64,000 bases of DNA from a candidate division WWE3 bacterium GW2011_GWC2_41_23 (GCA_000996895.1 LCBB01000001.1:2542-66541), one strand, 5' to 3'; positions 1 through 8,674 are shown, counted from the stretch's first letter. Made by a program: numbers and translations. Notes: a model not told the origin generated them from the sequence alone.

Positions 1-20
1 AATGCTTATATTTTATCAAC

Positions 21-659
21 ATGACTTCTAATGAATACGAAAAGCAGAAAAAGTTATTGATAGAAACTTTCAATAAATTATCTTCTTCTTATAAAAACCT
101 ATTTACATCCGATTCCACTCAAAGAGCTAAAGTACAGTCTCTGGTCAATTCTTGGAACATACAAAGAGGCTCAAAAGTACTAGAAATAGGTGGTGGGATT
201 GGCGATTTATCACCATACTTACTAAGAAAAATAGGAACAGAAGGAGAACTTTTTTTTCTAGATATTTCTCCCAAGATGGTTGTGAAAGCAAGAGAAAGAT
301 TGTATGGATACAATAACATACGATTTTTTTGCGGCGATATTACTAGTGCTACCTTTTCAGATTCCTTTGACAGTATTGTAGTTTTTAATACTTTCCCTCA
401 CTTTCTCAATAAGCAAAAAGCATTTTCTAATATGTATAAATTACTTAGAAAGGGCGGCAATTTAGTAATTTCTCACAATAATAGCAGATGGGGAATAGTG
501 GGTCATCATAAAAGAAAAGAATTTAGCTCTTTGGTTTCTGATTTTCCTGAGGATTCTGTCGTTTTTGAGTTATTAACCAAAGTGGGTTTCGACATCGAAG
601 TATTCGAAAATAACGAGGGGTATGATTATTATTTGGTGACGGCAAAGAAAAATACCTAA
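21..659 (+). CDS. Class I SAM-dependent methyltransferase (UbiE/COQ5-like fold)
   Basis: 212-aa ORF with glycine-rich motif I VLEIGGGIGDLS followed by acidic FLDIS (motif II-like) and post-I FCGDI. It lies in the AT-rich island segment. Confidence 0.6.
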   Translation: MTSNEYEKQKKLLIETFNKLSSSYKNLFTSDSTQRAKVQSLVNSWNIQRGSKVLEIGGGIGDLSPYLLRKIGTEGELFFLDISPKMVVKARERLYGYNNIRFFCGDITSATFSDSFDSIVVFNTFPHFLNKQKAFSNMYKLLRKGGNLVISHNNSRWGIVGHHKRKEFSSLVSDFPEDSVVFELLTKVGFDIEVFENNEGYDYYLVTAKKNT

Positions 660-688
660 TCCATTAAAGTGGATTCCTCCAGGATATA

Positions 689-745
689 CGGCTGAGCATC
701 TCGGTCTAGAACGCAACAAATTCTTTTATGTCTAAGGTACTGGTG
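689..745. repeat. Structured intergenic repeat, copy A
   Basis: ggctgaGCATCtcggtc (6-bp stem with two G-U pairs) followed by tagaacgcaacaaattcttttatgtctaagg. Confidence 0.55.
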
Positions 746-810
746 CATAGCCAGATGCTCATATAACACTGCTGTTGTAATGTCTAGGCATATATATTAG
801 AATTATATAT

Positions 811-1143
811 ATGACTATTTTAGAAATATGGTCTTTACAGAAAATATCGATGCAAGTGCTAAGTACAATATTTTTTCTTTTAATAATATTTTTTTCGTAT
901 CAGGTACACACAAAGAAAAGGGGAAAGGTATACACGGCGCTTTGGATATCAATAACATATGTATCATATCTACTCTTTCTCATAGTCCCGTCTATAGTAA
1001 TGCAAAGCATATTAACAGATCCACCGAAGATGTTGCCATTCAACCATTTATTGTTATTTATTCTTTTACTCACTCCTTTAGTTGTTATCTGGCTTATATA
1101 CTTTTTAATTAGATTATCGAAGAAGAAAGGTCAGCAAAATTAG
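811..1143 (+). CDS. Small hydrophobic membrane protein (3-4 predicted TM helices), unknown function
   Basis: 110-aa ORF made almost entirely of hydrophobic stretches. It sits upstream of the ABC transporter pair and could be a cognate small membrane or immunity-type subunit. No motif recognised. Confidence 0.3.
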   Translation: MTILEIWSLQKISMQVLSTIFFLLIIFFSYQVHTKKRGKVYTALWISITYVSYLLFLIVPSIVMQSILTDPPKMLPFNHLLLFILLLTPLVVIWLIYFLIRLSKKKGQQN

Positions 1144-1304
1144 AAGTTTTAAGTAAACCGATTGCGTTTAGACCTATTTTCAGTAGCATGTTTTTCAACT
1201 CCTTGATTCTGTTTGGAATTGCTGTTTCTTGTTTACATTAATAAGCTATAGATTTTGTTCGAATCTATCTTTTTCAAAGAGGGTTTTTTACATAGTGGTC
1301 ACTT

Positions 1305-1365
1305 GCGTGGCCATTCTGGCCGAGCATGTCGGCCTAGAACAATACTCTTCTCTAGGCTTCAAGTG
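1305..1365. repeat. Structured intergenic repeat, copy B
   Basis: ggccgaGCATGtcggcc (perfect 6-bp stem) followed by tagaacaatactcttctctaggct. The stem sequence differs from copies A and C while pairing is preserved. Confidence 0.6.
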
Positions 1366-1425
1366 AGACAGACGAAACAGTACAAGATAAAAAACTAAAA
1401 GTGGTAAGCATCGCCAATAAGGTTT

Positions 1426-2376
1426 TTGATGGTAGTTAGTCGAGATATGGATATTATAAAGGTTGAAAATTTAACTAAGGAATTTAATAGTTTCAAGGCA
1501 GTAGATAACATATCCTTTGATATAAAAGAGGGTGAGATATTCGGACTTCTTGGTCCAAATGGGGCGGGTAAGACAACTACAATTAGGATTTTAACCGGAA
1601 TTTTAAAGCCAACTAAGGGCAGTGTAAAAATAGATAAATATGATATTCAAAATAAACCTCTAGACGCAAAACAATTAATGGGAATTGTTCCAGAGACAGC
1701 AGATGCTTATCCAGACCTATCTGCTTATAAGAACCTATTTTTTATTGGGGAACTGTACGGATTACAAAGAGGAAACATAGTTAAAAAAGCAAATAAGCTT
1801 CTAGAATTATTTGAATTAAAAGAGAAAATACATAATAAAGTTAAAACATTTTCAAAAGGAATGCGTCAAAGGTTGGTTTTAGCAATGGCTTTAATGAATG
1901 AATCAAAAATACTTATTTTAGATGAGCCTACTAGTGGATTAGATGTGAAAAGTGCGAGATTAATAAAAACTTTAATTAAAAAATTTAATCAAGAGAGTAA
2001 AACCATTCTTCTAACTACTCATAATATTGAAGACGCTAATCAGCTTTGTGATAGGGTGGCAATTATGAATTACGGAAAAATTGTAGCTATTGATAGCCCA
2101 GAAAAACTTAAAGATGTAATTCAGAGTTTATCTTCGGTTGAAGTTTCCTTTGAAAAACCCACTGATATTAAAGATTTTAAATTTGTTGATATAACTAAAA
2201 CAGTAAAAGAAGGTGATAAAATAAAGTTTTATACTAAAAATCCGGAAGGAGTATTGTTTTCTTTAGTTGACTATGCTAAATCATCAGGTAATAAAATTAT
2301 ATCTTTAAATACCTTGAAACCAACTCTTGAAGATGTATTTGTAAAATTGACAGAAAATAAAAATGATAATTCTTGA
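1426..2376 (+). CDS. ABC transporter ATP-binding protein (ABC-2 / DrrA-like exporter type)
   Basis: Walker A GPNGAGKTT, ABC signature FSKGMRQR, Walker B ILILDEPTSGLD, H-loop TTHNIED. The real start may be the internal ATG at 1447 (MDIIKVENL). Confidence 0.85.
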   Translation: MMVVSRDMDIIKVENLTKEFNSFKAVDNISFDIKEGEIFGLLGPNGAGKTTTIRILTGILKPTKGSVKIDKYDIQNKPLDAKQLMGIVPETADAYPDLSAYKNLFFIGELYGLQRGNIVKKANKLLELFELKEKIHNKVKTFSKGMRQRLVLAMALMNESKILILDEPTSGLDVKSARLIKTLIKKFNQESKTILLTTHNIEDANQLCDRVAIMNYGKIVAIDSPEKLKDVIQSLSSVEVSFEKPTDIKDFKFVDITKTVKEGDKIKFYTKNPEGVLFSLVDYAKSSGNKIISLNTLKPTLEDVFVKLTENKNDNS

Positions 2377-2995
2377 ACAACTAAAACGTTCGTGGGCAAT
2401 TACAAAAAAGAATCTTACGGTATCTTTTTTAAGAGGCCCTGTTATTGTATTTGGTATAGTAATGCCTGCTTTTTTATTTGTTTCTTTTTCTTTAAAAAGA
2501 CAAATATCTATTGAATCATTAATTCCTGGTCTTTTGGGGATGAGCCTTTTTTTCACAGTTTCGTCAATTACGCCAGGAATAATGCCTTGGGAAACTAAGA
2601 TGAAAACCTTAGAAAGGATAATCTCGTCTCCAGTAAAGTTGTGGGCAATCATTTTAGGAGATGTGCTTTCTTCTTTTATATATGGCATTTTAATTACAAT
2701 ACCTATATTTTTTGTAAGTTCTTTGTTTTTAGGAAAGTTAATTATTAATATTCCGATATTTTTAGCTACAATATTGGCCGCTTTTTGTTTCTCCTCCTTG
2801 GGAGAGCTTATTTCCTCAATACCTACCGATAACCCTTCAAATGCAATGATGTTGTCAACTTTAATAAAATTTCCATTAATTTTTATAAGTGGAATTTTTA
2901 TTCCCCTCACTGAAATGGGGAGTTTAAGAATTGTTTCTTTTTTCTCCCCCCCCAACCTACTACACAGATTTATTAAGAGGGTACATAGAAAATAA
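2363..2995 (+). CDS. ABC-2 type transporter permease
   Basis: 210-aa ORF with about 6 hydrophobic helices. It overlaps the stop of the upstream ABC ATPase by 14 nt, the usual ATPase-permease operon layout. Confidence 0.6.
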   Translation: MIILEQLKRSWAITKKNLTVSFLRGPVIVFGIVMPAFLFVSFSLKRQISIESLIPGLLGMSLFFTVSSITPGIMPWETKMKTLERIISSPVKLWAIILGDVLSSFIYGILITIPIFFVSSLFLGKLIINIPIFLATILAAFCFSSLGELISSIPTDNPSNAMMLSTLIKFPLIFISGIFIPLTEMGSLRIVSFFSPPNLLHRFIKRVHRK

Positions 2996-3225
2996 GAGTT
3001 ATTTTAACGCAACAACAAATCTTTTAGTACTTCTCATCTTTTCAGTTGCCTTTTTTTCATTAGCTATTATCCTACATAAAAGAAGTATGCCAAAAAGGTT
3101 CTAATCTTGATTTTTAATCTAAATCCACTTAATCAATTGCATTCCATTTTGGCTGGGTACAAGGGATGAAGTTCTAACATTTTGTGAACACTTGCGTGTG
3201 TCTGCTACATTTCAAACGCAATATT

Positions 3226-3708
3226 CTAACTGGGAGAAAATTCTAAAAAATCTTTTAGGATTGTGTTCTGCCTTCCCCCACACTTGTCGTTTATTTCAGC
3301 TTGAGAGTGCTTCTCATCTCCATATGCAACTATTTCTTTAACTTCAGTTGTAGAGCAAGGGTGCTCACCTTTATTTCCGTAGTAAAATTTCTTCCCTACT
3401 TCAATTTCCTGATAGCGTGTTATTCCAGAATCTAGGGGCGTTTCTATATCACTTCTACCATCTTTAATTATGGTCGTACCGTCGGGACCTACCCTAATGC
3501 CGTATATATTATCGGATACCGTCCTAAAAAGAACTCGTGTGTAAACTACGGAGCCTGGAGATTTGGTGGACATGCCTAAAAGTCTTCCTATCTCAAATTT
3601 ATCGCCCGCTCTATTTGTTTCATTTGCAAGTCTTCCCCCTCCAATATCTACCGGACCACGATGCTCCTCTGCTTCAAAAGATTCGTTTGGGTTTAATGTT
3701 TTGTTCAT
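3226..3708 (-). CDS. Hypothetical protein (160 aa, soluble, Gly/Asp-rich)
   Basis: Uninterrupted 160-aa ORF with no recognisable motif. It lies immediately outside the att-like repeat at 3741. Confidence 0.35.
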   Translation of the reverse strand: MNKTLNPNESFEAEEHRGPVDIGGGRLANETNRAGDKFEIGRLLGMSTKSPGSVVYTRVLFRTVSDNIYGIRVGPDGTTIIKDGRSDIETPLDSGITRYQEIEVGKKFYYGNKGEHPCSTTEVKEIVAYGDEKHSQAEINDKCGGRQNTILKDFLEFSPS

Positions 3709-3740
3709 TATTAAAACTATAACATCAAAATACTATAAAT

Positions 3741-3776
3741 ACCTCTTGGCTGGCCATTAGGGTCCAAGTTCGAACT
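3741..3776. repeat. att-like direct repeat of the tRNA-Gln 3' flank
   Basis: An exact 12-mer, cctcttggctgg, is found here and at 12341-12352 (the tRNA-Gln 3' terminus plus flank). Here it is followed by tagggtccaagttcgaac, which resembles the tRNA T-arm sequence tagggattcgaac, and is in the same orientation. Confidence 0.35.
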
Positions 3777-3889
3777 GTTGTTATGATAATAATAGGTTAA
3801 GAGCTACATAGCAGAAGTCTGGCTTAGGAAGTGCTGAAGCTTCTTCTACATTTGGTTCGTTAGGGAACTTTTCTGGACTCATTATATAA

Positions 3890-4684
3890 TTAGTCTAAAA
3901 AGGTGAAGGATTTTGCAATTTCTTCAGTGATATTTCTTAAAATCTTCTCATCTTCAGCTGGGATTTGTTCTGGGAAAGAATAGAGAGATAAGTATATGGC
4001 CATATCTCTATTTTCCCACTCATCTCCTAAATAATAGATTACCCCATAACCAACGTAAGGGACGCCTGTATACTGCAACTCTGCTTTCATGATTTTATAT
4101 ACTCCGCCTTCTACATCGGATCGTGTTACACCCGATTGCATGGGGCTAAACTCACCCTTCAACTGACTACGGGATATCTCTATATTTACTGGTTGGACGT
4201 ATTTATATTCAAGTGGTTCTCTTTGAATCCAAATAGTTCCATTAATGGTTCCACTATCCCTCAAGTAAAGTTCTTTTGGATACTTAAAACTAATATTTCT
4301 TACCTCATCGTAAGCATAGTCAAATTTTGTCTCATATAACACCCACGTGCTTACATCCATATTTATATCTTTTACAGCCGTCTTTGTACTTTGTGTTTCC
4401 TTTTGTACATTTGGAGCATTAATTAACTCATTTGAAACTTCATATATATTTTCCATGCTAGTATCTTTGTTGGCATTACTAATATTTGAGGCGTTTCTAC
4501 TTATGGAATCGGTTATAACCTTCTGGGAATTGGTTACAAATTTTTGATAAAGAATACCCAAGATAAAGCCAATAAATGGAAGTGTTATTAGAAGAATCAA
4601 TGCTAAAGTTTTAGACAAGCGAGTAACAGTAGTAAAAGGATTTGGTTTTGGAGTAATTGTTGTAGACTGATTGGTATCTTCCAT
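3890..4684 (-). CDS. N-terminally membrane-anchored extracytoplasmic protein, unknown function
   Basis: 264-aa ORF. A single hydrophobic helix (LALILLITLPFIGFILGILY) follows about 25 N-terminal residues. The rest is hydrophilic and Asn/Ser-rich. Confidence 0.45.
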   Translation of the reverse strand: MEDTNQSTTITPKPNPFTTVTRLSKTLALILLITLPFIGFILGILYQKFVTNSQKVITDSISRNASNISNANKDTSMENIYEVSNELINAPNVQKETQSTKTAVKDINMDVSTWVLYETKFDYAYDEVRNISFKYPKELYLRDSGTINGTIWIQREPLEYKYVQPVNIEISRSQLKGEFSPMQSGVTRSDVEGGVYKIMKAELQYTGVPYVGYGVIYYLGDEWENRDMAIYLSLYSFPEQIPAEDEKILRNITEEIAKSFTFLD

Positions 4685-4764
4685 ATAAGTTAAGCTTAGC
4701 TAAATAATTCATTGGCGTCAATGTGTTGATATGACAACAAAAACCTTGGCTGTCCGCGTGGGAG

Positions 4765-5202
4765 TTAGTTGGAACTTTTAACCTTTAAAAACTGATCCAT
4801 CAATTGAATATCCGCTAAATCTTTTTCACGGCCTAATGCTTTTTTAAACCCACGAAGAGTAAGTAAGTTAACGTAAGAATGGCCATCAATAATATCCGCG
4901 TTTTTTATTTGATTTTCCACTGCACATATTTTGGGATTAGCAAAATGAGAACCAAACCCTAATAAAGTTATATTACCAATCTGTATGGTTTCAAATCTTT
5001 CGCTTCTAACAGGATACATATTTTTGTACTTATTCCATATTTCTGGAAGAACTAATATATCTATGTCGTGTGGTTCTCTTAGATTTCTTACTGCTAATGG
5101 ACCTGACCCTGTAATTACGTATTCACCAATATTTAATCCTATTTGATCAAATTCATTTAATAGTGTGGATATGCTCACATAGCTAGTATAACGTAGTTCC
5201 AA
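4765..5202 (-). CDS. Minimal nucleotidyltransferase (MNT / pol-beta superfamily) domain protein
   Basis: Motif ITGSGPLAVRNLREPHDIDILV fits the GS...DxD signature of pol-beta-type nucleotidyltransferases (antitoxin-type MNT). Length is 145 aa. Confidence 0.45.
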   Translation of the reverse strand: MELRYTSYVSISTLLNEFDQIGLNIGEYVITGSGPLAVRNLREPHDIDILVLPEIWNKYKNMYPVRSERFETIQIGNITLLGFGSHFANPKICAVENQIKNADIIDGHSYVNLLTLRGFKKALGREKDLADIQLMDQFLKVKSSN

Positions 5203-5235
5203 AGCTTGGGTAGTACTGCAGATTTAAATGTAACA

Positions 5236-5290
5236 ATCTGACTGAGCATGTCAGTCTAGAACAATTACGTTCTCCAGGCTATTTGGCTGG
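5236..5290. repeat. Structured intergenic repeat, copy C
   Basis: gactgaGCATGtcagtc (perfect 6-bp stem, GCATG loop) followed by tagaacaattacgttctccaggct. It belongs to the same family as copies at 689-745 and 1305-1365. Confidence 0.6.
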
Positions 5291-5317
5291 CGGTATTGTA
5301 CACGATTTGAATCAGAA

Positions 5318-5749
5318 TCACCCCTTTTCACTAAATGGTTTATAGGGAATGTAGGATCTAATACTCAGGCCGTATTTTTGTATTAAGTTCTTATCCAAAA
5401 ACTTACTCTTCATGTATATGTCTCTAATGTTCTGCATAAGAATTTTCTGTTTATTACCTATGCTTGTCTGATCTGGAAATTTTTTTTCATCAGTAATATT
5501 ATGAACAAGATCGTTTCTATTGCTACTTAGTTCGTTAAGTAGTGTTGCTTCTGATTTACTGATCTCTTCTTTTAATAGAAGAGTCAAGATTGCTGAGCTA
5601 AAAGTGTCACGTCCCGTGTGTTTTCTTACAATACCTTCAACTATGAATGCATGAACGAGCACATTTCGTAATTGGCTACTTCGTTTACCTGTTAGTATTT
5701 CTTCTTTAAACTCGTTTTTAATCCACCTGGGATTACTCATATTTGTCAT
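5318..5749 (-). CDS. HEPN-like protein (two RNxLVH motifs)
   Basis: 143-aa ORF with two copies of the R-x4-H pattern, LRNVLVHAF and NRNDLVHNI, which resemble the RNxLxH(xY) motif of HEPN/HepT RNases. It is adjacent to the MNT-like gene. Confidence 0.35.
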   Translation of the reverse strand: MTNMSNPRWIKNEFKEEILTGKRSSQLRNVLVHAFIVEGIVRKHTGRDTFSSAILTLLLKEEISKSEATLLNELSSNRNDLVHNITDEKKFPDQTSIGNKQKILMQNIRDIYMKSKFLDKNLIQKYGLSIRSYIPYKPFSEKG

Positions 5750-5783
5750 GTGATTTATTTACAAAGCAAGAATATCAAGTTAT

Positions 5784-5999
5784 TTAATGAAACCCACCTG
5801 GGTCAGGGTCATACTCTCTGTCATCGTTAAGAACCTTCACTTCTACCTTGTTTCCCGCATCATCCGTAAAGGTTTCTGTTGAATAATACGGCATGTCACT
5901 GTCACTGCTACTCGAGTTTGGTGGGGAGGAAAGTGTACACCCTGTCACAAAAACACTAATAAATGGTAGGAGCGCTATTAATAGTATTCTACTAATCAT
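5784..5999 (-). CDS. Small lipoprotein (71 aa)
   Basis: Signal peptide MISRILLIALLPFISVFVTGC with a lipobox-like VTGC, followed by a Ser/Asp-rich mature part. The ORF track extends the start to 6086, but the extension is hydrophobic with no signal logic, so the start at the Met at 5999 is preferred. Confidence 0.4.
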   Translation of the reverse strand: MISRILLIALLPFISVFVTGCTLSSPPNSSSSDSDMPYYSTETFTDDAGNKVEVKVLNDDREYDPDPGGFH

Positions 6000-6113
6000 T
6001 TCTAGCTCAACTATACCTTCAAAAAAACTTAAAGTACAATTGTAAACGGGTAATTTGAGTAAGAACTTGGCGGTCTTGTACGCCATTTGAAATGTTTTAC
6101 CCTGGTAAACTTA

Positions 6114-8498
6114 TCAAGCGATATGGTTATCTAATATGTCTTGGACAAAATCAATGCCCTTACTAATTGTGTTGTAATTTGTATTTGCCAAACTCCAAGC
6201 ATGAGAATCTTGCTGAGAAATATCTAAAATACTTCTTAATTTGTCGGTGTTTTCATCAGGTAGCCCTACTGAATTTGCCTTGTCGAATAGTCCTTTTATG
6301 CCTAAATTCTTTTGAACATTCTTCGCAATATTAAATGGAATAGAGTTGTACATCAAATATTCTATACACACAGATTCCATCGCCTTTCTTAACTCACCTC
6401 CTGCTGTCTCTAAAGATGTTATATCACCAAGTAAAAGCATATCTTTACAAACTTTGAGGTGTCTTTCAGTATCTCTATAGCCTATTAATTCAATTTTGGG
6501 TCCCTTTTCATCGTTATTATAAAAGTGGTATATTGCTGGTTTGGTGCTATAAAACCTTCCTTTTAACTTTAGATAGAATTCTTTGGAATGTGTCATGATA
6601 ATTAATTGTTTACGTTGCTGAATTTCAACAAGTACTTCCAATAGTGACTGGGAATGATTGTCATCCATTGATTGAACGGGGTCGTCTAGAATTACACATT
6701 CCCACGTCGCATTCCTATCTACTCTTTGAGGAAAATAGATACTTAACGCTAGGCTATTTGTGTGTGCTTCGCTAAAGAAAGTAACTGGATTTACTTGCTT
6801 TCCATATGCTTCTGCTTTTAGACTAGCCTGTCTTCTATTCTCTTTAGTCTCTATTCCGAAAAACTGTACTTTATCGCTTGGGTTAAGTTTGTGGTAATAA
6901 TCCTTAATTTCGTCGGCATGTAACGCAAGTAGTGTTTCAATCTCCTTTTTTTCAAACTCCTCAAGATCTGTTTGTATCAGGTCTATTTCTAATAGTAGTT
7001 TGTGCCGTGTAATAAATTCAGCAGAGTTGTTTAAAAACTTCGATACCTTTTCGATATAAAACCACTTTTTAAATGTGTTCTGATCAACGTCTTTCTCAAG
7101 AGATATAGCTTTTCCTATGCCCTCTTTAAGAGATTCCCAAGCGCTATTTATATCTTCAAAATGTTGTTTTATAGAATTTACAAGGTTATCAATATTTATC
7201 TCAAGCACTACATCGGTATTTTTATGAAAATATTTTTGTTCAACGTACACGCGATAAGATTCCCAGCTTTCCTTTAATGTTTGGGCTAGTCGCGCGGTAT
7301 CTGTATCTACTTTAGTTTGAAGTTGTTGAGTTGCTATAGCTAGATCTTCCAACCCAGTTTCCTTGAGTTTAATTGCAACTGCAGCCAGTTCAGTTTCATT
7401 AGGTAAGTACGTCTTACACGAAATTTCAAAATTACTTAGCCACAAACTTATTTCATCAGTCTGTGTTTTTAGGCGTGAGTTTGCAATTTGTATTTCCTCG
7501 TTATCTTTCAATAACTTGCTAATCGAATTTTTTCTTTCCTCGGTATACGTTTCTTCTAAACAAAATGGGCATACTGGGGATTTTCCTAAAACATATCCGA
7601 GGTTTAGGAATTCTAATTCGCTTTTCCCGTAGGATCCGTACGAAACCTTTATTGCTTCACTTGCGAACCCCTCAAAGCCTGTTTTAATATACTCTGCGAA
7701 TTCATCTATTTTAAACCTGTCGGGGTAGCTTATAGATGTTACTCTATTACCTAATTCTGAATTTAATAGAGCTTTAATTTTAGATGATATGGCCGCCGAA
7801 ATTGCTTCGATGTCATGGTTACTAATTGATAAGATCTTCGATAGTTCTAAGTGAAACTCCGCTACATTTAAACTAGACAAACTTTGTGTAAGAGAAATAA
7901 ATTCTGGATACTCAGTTAGCTCGGTAATAAGGGACTCGTATTTTCTTAGGGAGCTTTTGTATTCGTCAGTTTTCTTGTTATTACGAAGAGCCATCAAATC
8001 ATCTCTTGATGTTGATAGTGTATCTTGACCCAAAATACAAGATATCTGTTCCCATCTATCTTTTGGCTCAGCATCAACAAGAGCCTTAATTTCAGTCTGA
8101 GCTAGCATGGGACGAAAATAACTTTCTAGGTTTAAAGCGAGCGAACTAAAATCAGCGACCTCCAAATCGTTTATGTACAGCTTATATTCTCTCGAGATCA
8201 ATTCTTTTTTTAGCTTATACTCTATTCCTCGAATTGTGCCTGTTAACTCTACGAACGGGTTTTCAGATTCTGAGTAGAAGACGTTCTTTAAGTACTCTTC
8301 GTACTGGTATTCTGATTTACAGCGAGAGAGACGTTGCCTAGATATTTGATCAAAAAAAAGCCACTCTAAAGCTTCTGTTAAGCTACTCTTCCCAGAGCCG
8401 TTTTGTCCGTAAACAATAGTTATGTTGTCGTCAAATAATATTGTCTCCTCGGTGTTAAAACCCCGAAAGCCTTTGATAGTTATTTTTTTAAGTTTCAT
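6114..8498 (-). CDS. Rad50/SbcC/RloC-like ABC ATPase with coiled-coil and CPFC zinc-hook motif, plus a C-terminal HEPN-like domain (RDTERH)
   Basis: 794 aa. N-terminal MKLKKITIKGFRGFN...GQNGSGKSS (Walker A, RecF/SMC-head type). A long predicted coiled-coil centre carries CPFC (the Rad50/RloC hook CPxC) at about residue 305. Walker B/D-loop CVILDDPVQSMD and H-loop IIMTHS lie near residue 600. A roughly 170-aa C-terminal domain contains YRDTERHL (Rx4H). The architecture matches RloC/PrrC-like anticodon-nuclease-type or abortive-infection ATPases. Confidence 0.55.
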   Translation of the reverse strand: MKLKKITIKGFRGFNTEETILFDDNITIVYGQNGSGKSSLTEALEWLFFDQISRQRLSRCKSEYQYEEYLKNVFYSESENPFVELTGTIRGIEYKLKKELISREYKLYINDLEVADFSSLALNLESYFRPMLAQTEIKALVDAEPKDRWEQISCILGQDTLSTSRDDLMALRNNKKTDEYKSSLRKYESLITELTEYPEFISLTQSLSSLNVAEFHLELSKILSISNHDIEAISAAISSKIKALLNSELGNRVTSISYPDRFKIDEFAEYIKTGFEGFASEAIKVSYGSYGKSELEFLNLGYVLGKSPVCPFCLEETYTEERKNSISKLLKDNEEIQIANSRLKTQTDEISLWLSNFEISCKTYLPNETELAAVAIKLKETGLEDLAIATQQLQTKVDTDTARLAQTLKESWESYRVYVEQKYFHKNTDVVLEINIDNLVNSIKQHFEDINSAWESLKEGIGKAISLEKDVDQNTFKKWFYIEKVSKFLNNSAEFITRHKLLLEIDLIQTDLEEFEKKEIETLLALHADEIKDYYHKLNPSDKVQFFGIETKENRRQASLKAEAYGKQVNPVTFFSEAHTNSLALSIYFPQRVDRNATWECVILDDPVQSMDDNHSQSLLEVLVEIQQRKQLIIMTHSKEFYLKLKGRFYSTKPAIYHFYNNDEKGPKIELIGYRDTERHLKVCKDMLLLGDITSLETAGGELRKAMESVCIEYLMYNSIPFNIAKNVQKNLGIKGLFDKANSVGLPDENTDKLRSILDISQQDSHAWSLANTNYNTISKGIDFVQDILDNHIA

Positions 8499-8643
8499 TT
8501 TTTATTTTCTCCAAAAGCTTATCAAAACTTATGGACAGGGACTCATATTTTCGTGTTTTTATGTACTCTTTTAATAGTTCTTTTTGAACTTCATTTAAGG
8601 TCTCGTAAAATTTTTCTAAGGGTGTACTTATATTAGTTGTCAT
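8488..8643 (-). CDS. Small hypothetical protein (51 aa) translationally coupled to the ABC ATPase
   Basis: Internal Met start MTTNISTPLEKFYETLNEVQKELLKEYIKTRKYESLSISFDKLLEKIKNET. It overlaps the ATPase start by 11 nt and is charged and helical. The longer 98-aa version in the ORF track has an implausible N-terminus. Confidence 0.35.
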   Translation of the reverse strand: MTTNISTPLEKFYETLNEVQKELLKEYIKTRKYESLSISFDKLLEKIKNET

Positions 8644-8674
8644 AACGGGATTATAGCAGTTTTTTGGAGATGCG

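Noticed and set aside
1291-3200. Shared 10-mer cacttgcgtg at 1300 and 3191
   Set aside because: A single 10-mer coincidence is expected by chance in 64 kb, and there is no flanking similarity.
689-5262. Interpretation of the intergenic repeats as tRNA 3' fragments
   Set aside because: There is superficial similarity (tgGCTGag...TaGAAC versus tgGCTGgg...TcGAAC), but the hairpin geometry (6-bp stem, 5-nt loop) does not match a T-arm (5-bp stem, 7-nt loop). They are kept as an independent repeat family.
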